Below are positions 1 through 9,326 of a DNA stretch of 53,746 nt, one piece after another. The position numbers and the translations under genes are program-made. Origin of the DNA: Gammaproteobacteria bacterium (GTDB lineage: Bacteria > Pseudomonadota > Gammaproteobacteria > JADZEE01); assembly GCA_050183625.1 (NCBI GenBank), contig JBFXBD010000042.1, positions 1-53,746 of the forward strand. The letters are read 5' to 3'. How positions within the stretch are numbered: the stretch's first letter is position 1; every line of letters starts with the position of its first letter. The notes under the pieces are model-generated. The model was not told the origin of the DNA and searched no databases. It saw only the letters and a program-made list of their open reading frames with translations.

Positions 1-3
1 GAT

Positions 4-360
4 CTACGAAAACAGCGCTACGCGCTCGTGCGGCTTGTCCAGCGTCAGCCAGACCGAGAACCACTCCCACTCGTCCGTCGTGCCGACGAACATGCTCCAG
101 GCGGTGGGCAGGCTGCCGAACTCGTAGCGGATGCCGCGGATGCGGGAGAAGGCATAGCTGCGCCGCCACGCCAGCACCCAGAGTACGCGTCTGGATACGA
201 CCACCCGGCGCATCGCGCGCGAGGCTTCGACGGTCTTGCAGTACGAGAACAGGCTCAGGAACTGCAGCAGCAGGTTGGTGCGGGCCACGAGGCGACCGCG
301 GCGCAGGGTGACGCGCGGAGTGATCGCGAACAGGCCGCTGGTCCAAGTGGCGAGGCTCAT
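4..360 (-). CDS. Hypothetical Trp/Arg-rich protein of 118 aa. Strong GC3 bias supports coding; no family recognised.
   Basis: ORF track 4..360(-). Hand translation gives GC3-rich codons (agc ctc gcc act tgg acc ...). It lies 81 bp downstream of the epimerase gene on the same strand. Confidence 0.5.
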   Translation of the reverse strand: MSLATWTSGLFAITPRVTLRRGRLVARTNLLLQFLSLFSYCKTVEASRAMRRVVVSRRVLWVLAWRRSYAFSRIRGIRYEFGSLPTAWSMFVGTTDEWEWFSVWLTLDKPHERVALFS

Positions 361-441
361 GCCCGGGAGTTAACGGCCCGGCCTGTGCCGGCCTTGAACG
401 CGCGCGCCAAGGGTTTCCGTGCCGCGAGACAGGCGCCGCGG

Positions 442-846
442 TCAGACCTGCTCGATCTCCACCAGCGTGCCGTAGAAGTCCTTCGGGTGCAGGAACAGCA
501 CCGGCTTGCCGTGCGCGCCGGGCTTGGGCTCGCCGTCGCCGAGGATGCGCGCGCCCTGGCTCTTCAGCCGGTCCCGTGCCGAAAGGATGTCCTCGACTTC
601 GTAGCAGACGTGATGCATGCCGCCGTCGGGATTGTTGGCCAGGAACTTGGCCACCGGCGATTTCTCGCCGAGCGGATGCAGGAGTTCGATCTTGGTGTTC
701 GGCAGTTCCACGAACACGGTGGTCACGCCGTGGTCCGGCAGCGCGATCGGTGCCGAGACGGTTGCGCCGAGCGCCTGGCGGTAGCGGTCCGCGGCAGCTT
801 CCAGGTCCGGAACGACGATGGCAACGTGATTCAACCGCCCGATCAT
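442..846 (-). CDS. mce: Methylmalonyl-CoA epimerase (glyoxalase/VOC family)
   Basis: Translation MIGRLNHVAIVVPDLEAA...GMHHVCYEVEDI...HPKDFYGTLVEIEQV is a typical VOC/epimerase. Start taken at the internal ATG (844-846), which is preceded by AGGAG; the longer ORF N-terminus is Arg-rich junk. Confidence 0.8.
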   Translation of the reverse strand: MIGRLNHVAIVVPDLEAAADRYRQALGATVSAPIALPDHGVTTVFVELPNTKIELLHPLGEKSPVAKFLANNPDGGMHHVCYEVEDILSARDRLKSQGARILGDGEPKPGAHGKPVLFLHPKDFYGTLVEIEQV

Positions 847-899
847 GATCTCGACTCCTGCAGGAAGACGGCGGCGCCGGGGGGCGCGCCGGGCAGGCA

Positions 900-2030
900 A
901 TGAAACACCAGCCCGGTACGGGCGTCAATCGCGAACCGGTCTGGCCGCTGCGCTCCGGCGGCGATATAGTCGCGGCGCCCATGGACCCGGACAGCCTGCA
1001 AGCCGCGAACGCACTCGGCGCCTGGGGGATCCGCGGGCGGATCGTGCCGGTCGGCGGCGGGCTCATCAATCGCACCTGGCGCGTGGACGCGGACAACGGG
1101 CGCCGCTATGCGCTGCAGCGCGTGAATCCGATTTTCCCGCCCGAGGTCCAGGAGGACATCGCCGCGGTCACCGCACACCTGCGCGCGCGCGGCATGTTCA
1201 CTCCGGAGCTGGTGCCGGCCGCCGGCGGCGCGCTGTGCCAGCCCGCGGATCCCGGCACCTGGCGCGTGCTGACCTGGGTCGACGGCACGACGCGCGATGC
1301 GCTCGACAATCCCGCGCAGGCGCGCGAGGCGGGCGCGCTGCTGGCGCGGTTCCACGCCGCCACCGCGGATCTGCGCTGGCGCTTCCGCAATCCGCGCCCG
1401 GGCGTGCACGACATCGATCGCCACCTTGCCGGGCTTCGAGAAGCACTGCACTCGCACGCGGCGCATCCACGCCATGCGCGCATCGAGCCGCTGGCGCGGG
1501 CAATCCTGGCCGCATCCGCGGACCTGCCCGCGCTGCCGCGCACGCCCGAGCGCGTCGTGCACGGCGACCCGAAGATCTCCAACCTGATCTTCGACGCCCG
1601 CACCGGCGCGGGGCTGTGCATGGTGGACCTGGACACCCTGGCGTATATGCGCCTGCCGCTGGAACTCGGCGATGCGTTCCGATCCTGGTGCAACACCAGC
1701 GGCGAGGACAGCACCGCCGGCCGGTTCGACCTGGACCTGTTCGCCGGCGCGGTCTCGGGCTACGCGGCGGTCGCGGCGCCGTTCGTGACGGCGCAGGAGT
1801 ACGAGGCGTTCGTGCCGGCCACGCTCACGATTTTCGTCGAGCTGGCCGCGCGCTTCTGCGCCGATGCGCTGGCCGAGACCTATTTTGGCTGGGACGCCGG
1901 CCGCTACGCCACGCGCGGAGAGCACAACGAGGTGCGTGCCGCCGGGCAACTCGCCGCCGCGCGCGCACTGCAGGCCGTGGCCGCCCGCGCCGGCGCCATC
2001 GTCCGCGACGCGTTCAGCGCGGCGCGATGA
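900..2030 (+). CDS. Phosphotransferase-family kinase (APH/homoserine-kinase-II-like). Start uncertain; ATG at 978 is an alternative.
   Basis: Contains HGDPKISNLIF (Brenner catalytic-loop-like) and DLDTLAYM (DxD) motifs with an N-terminal G-rich loop (GGGLINRTWRV). GC3-rich. Confidence 0.65.
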   Translation: MKHQPGTGVNREPVWPLRSGGDIVAAPMDPDSLQAANALGAWGIRGRIVPVGGGLINRTWRVDADNGRRYALQRVNPIFPPEVQEDIAAVTAHLRARGMFTPELVPAAGGALCQPADPGTWRVLTWVDGTTRDALDNPAQAREAGALLARFHAATADLRWRFRNPRPGVHDIDRHLAGLREALHSHAAHPRHARIEPLARAILAASADLPALPRTPERVVHGDPKISNLIFDARTGAGLCMVDLDTLAYMRLPLELGDAFRSWCNTSGEDSTAGRFDLDLFAGAVSGYAAVAAPFVTAQEYEAFVPATLTIFVELAARFCADALAETYFGWDAGRYATRGEHNEVRAAGQLAAARALQAVAARAGAIVRDAFSAAR

Positions 2031-2985
2031 ACGGACCGTAGGCGCGCGGGCCGCTGCCGACCTTCACGGTACGCAGGATTTCCAGCGTCAGGCCGTCGAG
2101 CACCGTGACTTCGTCGTCGAACCAGTTGGCCACGTACAGCCGGCGCCCGTCGGGATGCAGCATGATGCCCTCGGGATAGCCGCCGACGCGGATCCGGCGC
2201 ATCTCCCGTCCGGCGTCCAGATCGATGACGGACACGCTGGAATTACGCTGGTTGGTGACGAACAGGCGGTGCAGGCCGGGGATCTCGGCGACCGCGTACG
2301 GAAACAGCCCGACCGGCAGGCGCGCGGTCTGGGCGAAGCTCGCCGCGTCGACCACGCTGACGTCGCTGCTGCGCACGTTCGCGGTGTAGATGCGGCGGCC
2401 GTCCGCCGAGACGGTGACTCCGAATGGAGCCGTACCCACCGCCGTGGTACGCACCACCGCATTGCGGGCCAGATCGATCCGCGACAGCGAGTCGTCGTCC
2501 CGATTGGTCACGTACAGCAGGCGTTGATCCGGCGACAGCGCCAGCCCCGAGGGCGACCGGCCGACGGGGATCGCTGCAATCGTCGTCAGTTTCGCGGCGT
2601 CGAGCACGCGGACGAGGTTGTCGTACCAGTCGGCGACGTACAGGCGGCGGCCGTCACGGGCAATCGCGATGGCCAGCGGGCCGGCGCCGATCGGCACGCT
2701 CGCAATCAGCGTATGGGTGGACGCATCGATCACCGACAGCTCGCGGCCCTCGGGATTGGTGACGTACACCCGCCGGCCGTCCGCGCTCGCGGCGACACCG
2801 GCGGGGCGATGCCCGACCGCCAGCGTCGCAATCACCGTGTCGGACGCGGTGTCCAGCACCGAGACGCTGTCGGAGCCCTGGTTGGTGACGTAGGCGAACG
2901 GGCCGGCCGCCGTGGCTGGTGCTGCGCACAGCACGCTTGCCAGGCACCACGCCGCCGCTCGCGCGGCGCGCGAAACGTCAGTCAT
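2014..2985 (-). CDS. Secreted YVTN-family beta-propeller repeat protein
   Basis: At least six ~40-aa repeats of the pattern P.G[VL]A.S.DG.R[VL]YV[TA]N....VSV[IL]D are present. A signal peptide MTDVSRAARAAAWCLASVLCAAPATAAGP is encoded. Start chosen at the ATG encoding M56 of the ORF, because upstream residues are junk. The gene is convergent with the kinase and overlaps it by 17 nt. Confidence 0.75.
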   Translation of the reverse strand: MTDVSRAARAAAWCLASVLCAAPATAAGPFAYVTNQGSDSVSVLDTASDTVIATLAVGHRPAGVAASADGRRVYVTNPEGRELSVIDASTHTLIASVPIGAGPLAIAIARDGRRLYVADWYDNLVRVLDAAKLTTIAAIPVGRSPSGLALSPDQRLLYVTNRDDDSLSRIDLARNAVVRTTAVGTAPFGVTVSADGRRIYTANVRSSDVSVVDAASFAQTARLPVGLFPYAVAEIPGLHRLFVTNQRNSSVSVIDLDAGREMRRIRVGGYPEGIMLHPDGRRLYVANWFDDEVTVLDGLTLEILRTVKVGSGPRAYGPFIAPR

Positions 2986-3194
2986 CGAGCGGCCATGTAC
3001 CATCGTCGTCGCGCTGCCGTACCGGGGTGGTCCCGGCCGATTGCGGCCGTGAACGATCGTCGTCGCGAGCGCAGCGAAGCGACCCGATCGGCCTCGATGC
3101 CACCGGCAGCGCGTGGATTGCTTCGTCGCTTTGCTCCTCGCAATGACCATGCTCCACGCGCGTCACTGCGGCGAAGTGATGGCGGTCGGGGTGA

Positions 3195-3725
3195 TCAGGG
3201 CCTCTCAGCCAGTTCCTTGATGCGGGCGAGGGAGGCCTGGAACATCTTCGTCACCGCGTCGATGGCCGCTTCGTCGGAAAGCTCCGGCGGCGGCTGGTTG
3301 CCGCCGAACCCGCGGTAGAACGCGCCCTTCAATTCCACCACGGAGCCCGCGCCGCCGGGCGTCACCGCGATCGTGGCGCCCAGGGTGTTGATCGGCATCG
3401 CCTTGATGTTCGCTTCCAGCAGCATCCAGGAATAGGTCCGGTTGCCCGGGTCGTATTCGACGATCTGGTCGTTCATCGGCTCGCCGTTCTGCATGGTCAG
3501 CACGCGCTTGGTGTTGAGCTCATTGCCACCGTCGGCGCTGCATTCCCTGACCGCGGGGTTCCAGGTCTTGACGCCGCAGAGGTCCGCGACGAGTGCCCAG
3601 ACCTTGTCCGGTGCGGCGGCGACTTCGATCTGCTCGACCACCTTCTGGCGGCTGGGGCCGTGGGCGCCGGCGATGGCGGGGATGACGAGCGCAAGTGCGC
3701 ATCCGAGTTTCAGCAGGGTCCGCAT
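3195..3725 (-). CDS. Secreted SRPBCC (Bet v1/polyketide-cyclase-like) family protein
   Basis: The C-terminal 176 aa of the long junk ORF 3195..5057 code well: MRTLLKLGCALALVIPAIAGAHG signal, then ...VWALVADLCGVKTWNPAV.... AAGGAG lies upstream of the ATG. The rest of the 620-aa ORF is Arg/Pro/Gly junk and overlaps the next gene. Confidence 0.7.
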   Translation of the reverse strand: MRTLLKLGCALALVIPAIAGAHGPSRQKVVEQIEVAAAPDKVWALVADLCGVKTWNPAVRECSADGGNELNTKRVLTMQNGEPMNDQIVEYDPGNRTYSWMLLEANIKAMPINTLGATIAVTPGGAGSVVELKGAFYRGFGGNQPPPELSDEAAIDAVTKMFQASLARIKELAERP

Positions 3726-3856
3726 GGCGGGGTTCTCCTTCGGGCGGATGCGTCGGTCGCGGTGCAGGCGCGCGCATCCGTCCGCGCCGGGCGCGCGCAT
3801 GGTACCAAATCCCGTTGCCGGCCCGGAGCGCGGCCCGGTTGCGACGGCCGCGCGGA

Positions 3857-4981
3857 TCAGCCGGTCCAGCGGATCTCGCAGATCGAGCCGTCCGGATGGT
3901 GGTAGTCCCCGGTCGAATAGCTCTTGCCCAGCAGGCCCATGATCAGGCGCGGACCATCGAACACCAGCGAGGTGCAACTGCCCTGGAAACCGTCCGCGAA
4001 CAGATGGTGGCGGCCGTCGGCGTCGATCCGCATCAGCCGGCCCCGGTAGGGCAGCGGCTCGTCGACCATGGTCACGTGCAGCAGATCGATGCCGCCCTCG
4101 TCCACATAGAACACCTGCCCGCCGTACGGGCCGAACTGCGCCGGGGCCTGCGCCGTGGACCACAGCGGCGAGGGCGGGTTGGGGATCGGGTCGGGGTCCA
4201 GGCGGCCGTCGCGATCGACGTGCCAGAAGGCCTGCTCGACGCGTGGATCGACTTCGTCCCTGTAGGTGATGCCGCGCTTGCCCCAGAGGATCATCTCCCC
4301 GGCCAGATCGCCCCACCACGACGGCCCGAGCGTGAAGATTACCGGCATGATCGGCCGGGGCGTGATCGGTTCGTCGAGAATGAGGAACGGCTCGACCTCG
4401 CCGCGCGTGGAAACGCGGTAGATGACGCAGTTCATCAGCGACATCACGAAGAACGAGCCCGCCTGCGGCGTACCGGGGCGGCCGAAGCAGCCGGTGACCA
4501 TCGCGCCGGGAATGCCGTCGTTGATGCGCCCGGCCGGCGGAACGACGCCGAAGACTTCCATGCGATCCGAGCCGGGAGCGTGCCTGAAGACGAGGTGATG
4601 GCGGCTGGCGCCGCTGCGCCCGGGGAACTCCTGGCCGACCAGGAACACATGCCCGCCCCAGGGGCCGAAATGTGCCGGTGCGAGCACGGGGCACAGCGGC
4701 ATGTACTGGCCCATGTTGCGCGGCGGGACCACGTGTTCGATGCGGCCGTCCGGCCGCAGGCGGCCGAGCGCGCCGTGGCCCTTGGCCGGATCCCAGCCGT
4801 ACTGCTCCTGGCCGCCGATGTCGCCGAAGAAGACCGAGCCGTCCGGCTCCAGCCAGGACAACTGCGGATCGTAGAGGTTCTCGCCCGCCGGCACGATTTC
4901 GCGCGCCGCGTAACCGGGTGCGTGCACCTGCATCCGGAACGCCCGTTCCTGCTTCAGCCAGCCGTATTCCGCTTCGCCCAT
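3857..4981 (-). CDS. Hypothetical protein, about 375 aa, no recognisable family
   Basis: ORF 3857..5008 has diverse composition rich in W, F and Y. Start taken at the second Met (MGEAEYGW...); 5008 is an alternative. Confidence 0.55.
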   Translation of the reverse strand: MGEAEYGWLKQERAFRMQVHAPGYAAREIVPAGENLYDPQLSWLEPDGSVFFGDIGGQEQYGWDPAKGHGALGRLRPDGRIEHVVPPRNMGQYMPLCPVLAPAHFGPWGGHVFLVGQEFPGRSGASRHHLVFRHAPGSDRMEVFGVVPPAGRINDGIPGAMVTGCFGRPGTPQAGSFFVMSLMNCVIYRVSTRGEVEPFLILDEPITPRPIMPVIFTLGPSWWGDLAGEMILWGKRGITYRDEVDPRVEQAFWHVDRDGRLDPDPIPNPPSPLWSTAQAPAQFGPYGGQVFYVDEGGIDLLHVTMVDEPLPYRGRLMRIDADGRHHLFADGFQGSCTSLVFDGPRLIMGLLGKSYSTGDYHHPDGSICEIRWTG

Positions 4982-5107
4982 GATCCACCTCGCGTGTCGG
5001 GGCCGCACCCCGCGGCCGCGAATTAATGTAACTCTTTAAGCGACGGAGGGACAACACTATACTGCGCCCGGGCGGCCCGTGCCGCCGCGTCCTGGAGGAC
5101 AGCCACC

Positions 5108-6226
5108 ATGATTATCATCGACGGCGACGGCCACTTCGTCGAACCGGACGACCTGTTCCCGAAGTTCGCCGAAGCGAAGTTCGCGGACCGCATCGTTTCC
5201 ACGCTGGCGGCCATCGCCGCCAGGACCTACGTGCCCAAGCTGGTCTCGCCGTTCAAGTCCGGCGGCCTGGATGCGCCGCACGAGAAGGAGGAGCGCGATC
5301 CGGCCGGCTGGGACGGCGCCAGGCGCCTGGACATGCACGATCGCGAGGGCATCACGGCGGCCGTGGTGTTCCCCACCTTCGCGCTGCAGTGCGGTGCGAT
5401 CGAGGATCCGCAGATCGCGCTCGCCTGCGCGCAGGCCACCAACCGCTGGGCGGCGCAGGCCTACGCCGCGGTCGCCCCGCGCGAGCTGTACATCGTCGCG
5501 TCGCTGCCCACGCAGTTCCCTGAACTCGCGGCGCAGGAACTGCGGCGCTGCGTGAAGGAATACGGCTTCGTGGCCGGCGCCATCCGCCCGAATCCGACCG
5601 TGGACGGCCGCCTGCTGATCGATCCGGGCAACGAAATCCTCTGGGCGACCGCGGCCGAGCTCGGCGTGCCGATGTGCATCCACAACGGCTTCTATCAGGA
5701 TCGGCCGCAGCTCGGCACCGACCGTATCCGCCAGTGGATGGTCGGTCACGCGGCCATCCACCCCCTGGAGAGCATGATGGCCTTCGGCGCGCTCTACGAG
5801 GCCGGGGTATTCGATCGGCACCGCGGGCTGCGCTTCGGCTTCATGGAGGCGTGCTGCGGCTGGGCGCCGTTCTGGCTTGAGCGGCTCGACGAGCACAACG
5901 AACACGTGGGCTGGCTGAACGACCCGCGCCCGCAGCGTTCCGCGTCGGAGATCTTCCGCGAGCAGTGCGTGATCGGCTGCGAAGGCGAGGAACGCATGGT
6001 GCCCTACGTGCAATCGTTGTTCGGCGAGGACTCGGTGGTGTGGGCGACGGACTTCCCCCACTTCGACACCCACCCGCCCTATGCGAAGGAGATGCTCGAG
6101 CGCGGCGACATGACCGACTCGCAGCGCACGGGGGTGATGGGGCGCGCCGCGGTGAAGTTCTACGGCCTGGACGTCGACGCCATCCAGCGCGCGCGCCAGG
6201 TGCGCGGGGCGCCCGCGCACGGCTGA
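5108..6226 (+). CDS. Amidohydrolase-2 (ACMSD-like metal-dependent hydrolase/decarboxylase) family protein
   Basis: Translation MIIIDGDGHFVEPDDLF...WATDFPHFDTHPP shows the amidohydrolase_2 hallmarks: an N-terminal D-x-H-type motif and C-terminal D..PH. GGAGGA Shine-Dalgarno sits 8 nt upstream. Confidence 0.75.
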   Translation: MIIIDGDGHFVEPDDLFPKFAEAKFADRIVSTLAAIAARTYVPKLVSPFKSGGLDAPHEKEERDPAGWDGARRLDMHDREGITAAVVFPTFALQCGAIEDPQIALACAQATNRWAAQAYAAVAPRELYIVASLPTQFPELAAQELRRCVKEYGFVAGAIRPNPTVDGRLLIDPGNEILWATAAELGVPMCIHNGFYQDRPQLGTDRIRQWMVGHAAIHPLESMMAFGALYEAGVFDRHRGLRFGFMEACCGWAPFWLERLDEHNEHVGWLNDPRPQRSASEIFREQCVIGCEGEERMVPYVQSLFGEDSVVWATDFPHFDTHPPYAKEMLERGDMTDSQRTGVMGRAAVKFYGLDVDAIQRARQVRGAPAHG

Positions 6227-6383
6227 TCCGCGGGCCCGCCTGCCCGGCGCGTACGCGCCGGGCAGGGTACGGGGCGCGCACGCATCACCGGGCGCGACAG
6301 GGGTGCGCCGCGCGGTGTACAGTCCGCGCCGATCCCGCCGCGGCCGGTTGGCGCGCGTCCCTGGCTTTTTCACGGAGAACACC

Positions 6384-7103
6384 ATGCCGAACCCGTCCGG
6401 CCGTCGCGGGCCGCCTCGCGCACGGCGCGTACCGCGGTCCGCGCCGCTCCCCGCCGCCGACGCACCTGCCTGTGCGGGCTGCGGCAAGCCGGTGCCGATC
6501 TGTGTCTGCGATCGGATCCACCCGCATGCCACGCGCACGCGCGTGCTGGTGCTGCAACATCCGCGCGAGCCGCGCGAACCGCTCGGCACCGTGCCGCTCG
6601 TCGCCGCGATGCTGGAGCGCTGCCAGGTACAGGTGGGCCTGTCGTGGCCGTCGCTCTCCGCCGCCACCGGCATCGATGGCGCGCTTCCTTCGCGCTGGGC
6701 GGTGCTGCATGCCGGGCCGCGCGAGGAAGGTGCCGATGCGGTGCCGGGGGTGGCGCTGATCTCGCGCCACGGTCGCCATGAAGCGCTGGACAGCACGCCG
6801 ATCGACGGCATCGTCGTGCTCGACGGGACCTGGTCGCAGGCCAAGTCCCTCTGGTGGCGCAATCCCTGGCTGCTCAAGCTGCATCGGATCCGCCTCGTGC
6901 CGCGCGAGCCGTCGATGTACGGCAAGCTGCGCCGGGAGCCGCGCCGTGAACTGGTTTCCACGCTCGAAGCCGTGGCCGACGTGCTGGACGCGCTCGGCGA
7001 ACCGCCCGCCGTACGCGAGGATCTGCGCCGCGTTCTGCGCACCTTGCTGCAGCGCGCCCGCGACGCCGCGGCGAGGCCGGCCGCGAAAGCCGCGCAGCCA
7101 TGA
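6384..7103 (+). CDS. DTW-domain protein (tRNA-uridine aminocarboxypropyltransferase TapT/YfiP-like)
   Basis: N-terminal CAGCGKPVPICVC Cys cluster and the DGTWSQAKSLWWRNPWL DTW motif are present. Start at the ATG preceded by GGAGAA; the ORF's upstream extension is Arg-rich. Confidence 0.75.
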   Translation: MPNPSGRRGPPRARRVPRSAPLPAADAPACAGCGKPVPICVCDRIHPHATRTRVLVLQHPREPREPLGTVPLVAAMLERCQVQVGLSWPSLSAATGIDGALPSRWAVLHAGPREEGADAVPGVALISRHGRHEALDSTPIDGIVVLDGTWSQAKSLWWRNPWLLKLHRIRLVPREPSMYGKLRREPRRELVSTLEAVADVLDALGEPPAVREDLRRVLRTLLQRARDAAARPAAKAAQP

Positions 7104-7146
7104 CCGGCCGCGCATACGCGCTGCCGGTCATGGCCGGATGCAGGCG

Positions 7147-9243
7147 TCAGTGCGCGGCGGCGGACTGCGCCGCCCGCCGGGTCTCCAGGGCGCGGGCGCG
7201 CAGGTAGTGCCGGATCGCCGCGAGGTCGGCGGTGCCGAGTTCGCCGAATTGCGGCATGCCGCGGTTGACGCTTGCGCCGCCCTGGACGATCTGCGCGAAG
7301 GTCTCGGGCGCGAGGATCACCGGCGAGGCGCGCAGATCCGGTACGGTGCCGGCCGAGACCGCCGCCGGGCCGTGGCAGACGATGCACTTGCTGCCGAAGA
7401 TCTCCGATCCGGCTGCGACGACGCTCTCGTCCGGCACGAACTGCGGATCCTCGATCGCCTGCAGCACGCGCGGCGGGGGAGTCGGTGGCAGCTTGCCCTT
7501 GCCGTCGAGCACGAAGGTCATCACCCGGCGCGGATGCAGGCGCGCATCCCAGCCGAACTGGGCGATCGCCGTGCCGAGCGCCGCCGCGCCGCCCGAAGGC
7601 GGCGCCGCCAGCACGGTGACGTACTGCTTGCCGCCGGCGCTGTAGGTGATCGGCGTGGTGAGCAGGCCGTTGTTCGCGTAGTAGGTCCACAGGCGCTTGC
7701 CGGTGTCCGCCGCGTAGGCGTTGAAATTGCCGTCGAGCTGGCCCTGGAACACGAGGTTGCCGCCGGTGGCGAGTGCCGCGCCGGCCTCGGTGCCGGGCGT
7801 CTCGACCGTCCACACCGCGCGCTGCGCGATCGGATCCCAGGCCTGCAGGCGGCTGGTGCCGAGGTCGCGTGGGGTATCCGCATTCGGCAGCACCACGCCG
7901 AGCGGATTGGGAGCGGTTTCATAGCTCCAGTTGGCCAGATCCAGGCCCTTGTCCATGTAGAAGCCGGGCATGTCGGAGGTCGGCAGGTAGACCAGGCCGG
8001 TCTTCGGGCTGAATGCCATCGCGTACCAGTTGTGCGCGCCGTGCGGGCCCGGGTACATGATGAGCGGGCCGCCATCCATGTAGCGCATGTTGGGCAGTTC
8101 GACCGGGCGGCCGGTGGCGAGATCGATCTTTTCGGCCCAGGTGACCTTGGCGAACTTCTCGGCCGAGATCGGCTTGCCGGTGCTGCGGTCGATGACGTAG
8201 AAGAAACCGTTCTTGGGCGCGTGCAGGATGACCTTGGTCGGCTTGCCGTCGATGGTCAGCGTGGCGAGCTGGATCTCCATCGCCGAGTTGAAGTCCCAGG
8301 TCTCGGCCGGGTTGGTCTGGTAGTGCCAGGCGTATTCGCCGGTGTCCGCGTCCAGCGCGATGATCGAGCACAGGAACAGGTTGTCGCCGCCGCCGGGGCT
8401 TCTGATCTTCTGGTTCCACGGTGCACCGTTGCCGGTGCCGATGTAGACGCGGTTGAACTCCGGGTCGTAGGTGATCGCGTGCCACGCCGTGCCGCCGCCG
8501 CCGAATTTCCACCACTGCCCGGTCCAGGTCCTGGCGGCCATCTCCATGGCCTTGTTCTCGAAGCCGTCGGCCGGGTTGCCGGGGACGGTGTAGAAGCGCC
8601 AGAGCTGCCTGCCGGTGTCGGTGTCGTAGGCGGTCACGTAGCCGCGCGCGGGCGAGCTGTCCGCCCCGCCGTGGCCGATGACGACCTTGCCGTTGAACAC
8701 CCGCGGCGGGCCGGAGATGAAGCGGCCGTCGTTCGGGTCCACGGTCATCACGCTCCAGTCGAGCGTGCCTTTCTTCGCGTCTATCGCCAGCAGGCGGCCG
8801 TCCATGGTGCCGACGAACACGCGTGTGCCGTACATCGCCAGCCCGCGCACCCCCCATGCCGGGCGCATTTTCTTTCCCGCCACCTCGCCGACCTTGGGGT
8901 CGTAGCGCCACAGCAGCCGGCCGGTGCGCGCGTCGATCGCGTGCACCACGCTCTGGCCGGCAGCCACGTACAGCACGCCGTCCACCGCCAGTGGTACCGA
9001 GTTGGCGAACGGCACGTCGAGATCCAGCGTCCACGCCAGCCCCAGGCGCGAGACGTTCCCGTCGTCGATCTGCGTCAGCGGGCTGTAGTGCGATTCATCC
9101 TGGGTCCGGCCGAATGCCGGCCAGTTGCGGCCGTCCGCGGTGTCGTTGAGCATCCTGTCGTCGACGCCGGCCGCGACGGCTGCGCCGCCGACGACCAGTG
9201 CGAATGCCGCGACCAATGCGCGGCCGAGCCGGTTGCTGATCAT
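7147..9243 (-). CDS. PQQ-dependent alcohol dehydrogenase, quinohemoprotein type (type II ADH) with C-terminal cytochrome c domain
   Basis: Eight-bladed PQQ propeller signatures (W-rich repeats, GGGTAWH...). C-terminal CIVCH haem-binding motif. Signal peptide MISNRLGRALVAAFALVVGGAAVAA. GGAGG RBS. Confidence 0.85.
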   Translation of the reverse strand: MISNRLGRALVAAFALVVGGAAVAAGVDDRMLNDTADGRNWPAFGRTQDESHYSPLTQIDDGNVSRLGLAWTLDLDVPFANSVPLAVDGVLYVAAGQSVVHAIDARTGRLLWRYDPKVGEVAGKKMRPAWGVRGLAMYGTRVFVGTMDGRLLAIDAKKGTLDWSVMTVDPNDGRFISGPPRVFNGKVVIGHGGADSSPARGYVTAYDTDTGRQLWRFYTVPGNPADGFENKAMEMAARTWTGQWWKFGGGGTAWHAITYDPEFNRVYIGTGNGAPWNQKIRSPGGGDNLFLCSIIALDADTGEYAWHYQTNPAETWDFNSAMEIQLATLTIDGKPTKVILHAPKNGFFYVIDRSTGKPISAEKFAKVTWAEKIDLATGRPVELPNMRYMDGGPLIMYPGPHGAHNWYAMAFSPKTGLVYLPTSDMPGFYMDKGLDLANWSYETAPNPLGVVLPNADTPRDLGTSRLQAWDPIAQRAVWTVETPGTEAGAALATGGNLVFQGQLDGNFNAYAADTGKRLWTYYANNGLLTTPITYSAGGKQYVTVLAAPPSGGAAALGTAIAQFGWDARLHPRRVMTFVLDGKGKLPPTPPPRVLQAIEDPQFVPDESVVAAGSEIFGSKCIVCHGPAAVSAGTVPDLRASPVILAPETFAQIVQGGASVNRGMPQFGELGTADLAAIRHYLRARALETRRAAQSAAAH

Positions 9244-9326
9244 GCGATGATCCCCTCCGTTCATCATCGGCGCCTGGCGCCCCCGAAAAGTCCAATATAG
9301 CCGATCTGACCCGAAGCCGAGGAACC

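Noticed and set aside
845-2041. 398-aa plus-strand ORF and several other Arg/Ala/Gly-rich ORFs overlapping the kinase gene region (845..2041, 1106..1714, 1198..1515, 1864..3318)
   Set aside because: Extreme Arg/Ala/Pro/Gly composition typical of off-frame or antisense reading of high-GC coding DNA. They overlap genes with clear family motifs and GC3 bias.
5057-9300. Very long ORFs antisense to or overlapping the amidohydrolase, DTW and PQQ-ADH genes (5057..7813 minus, 918 aa; 6778..9300 plus, 840 aa; 7919..9034 minus)
   Set aside because: Low-complexity Arg/Pro/Gly-rich translations with no motifs. The opposite-strand genes are strongly supported.
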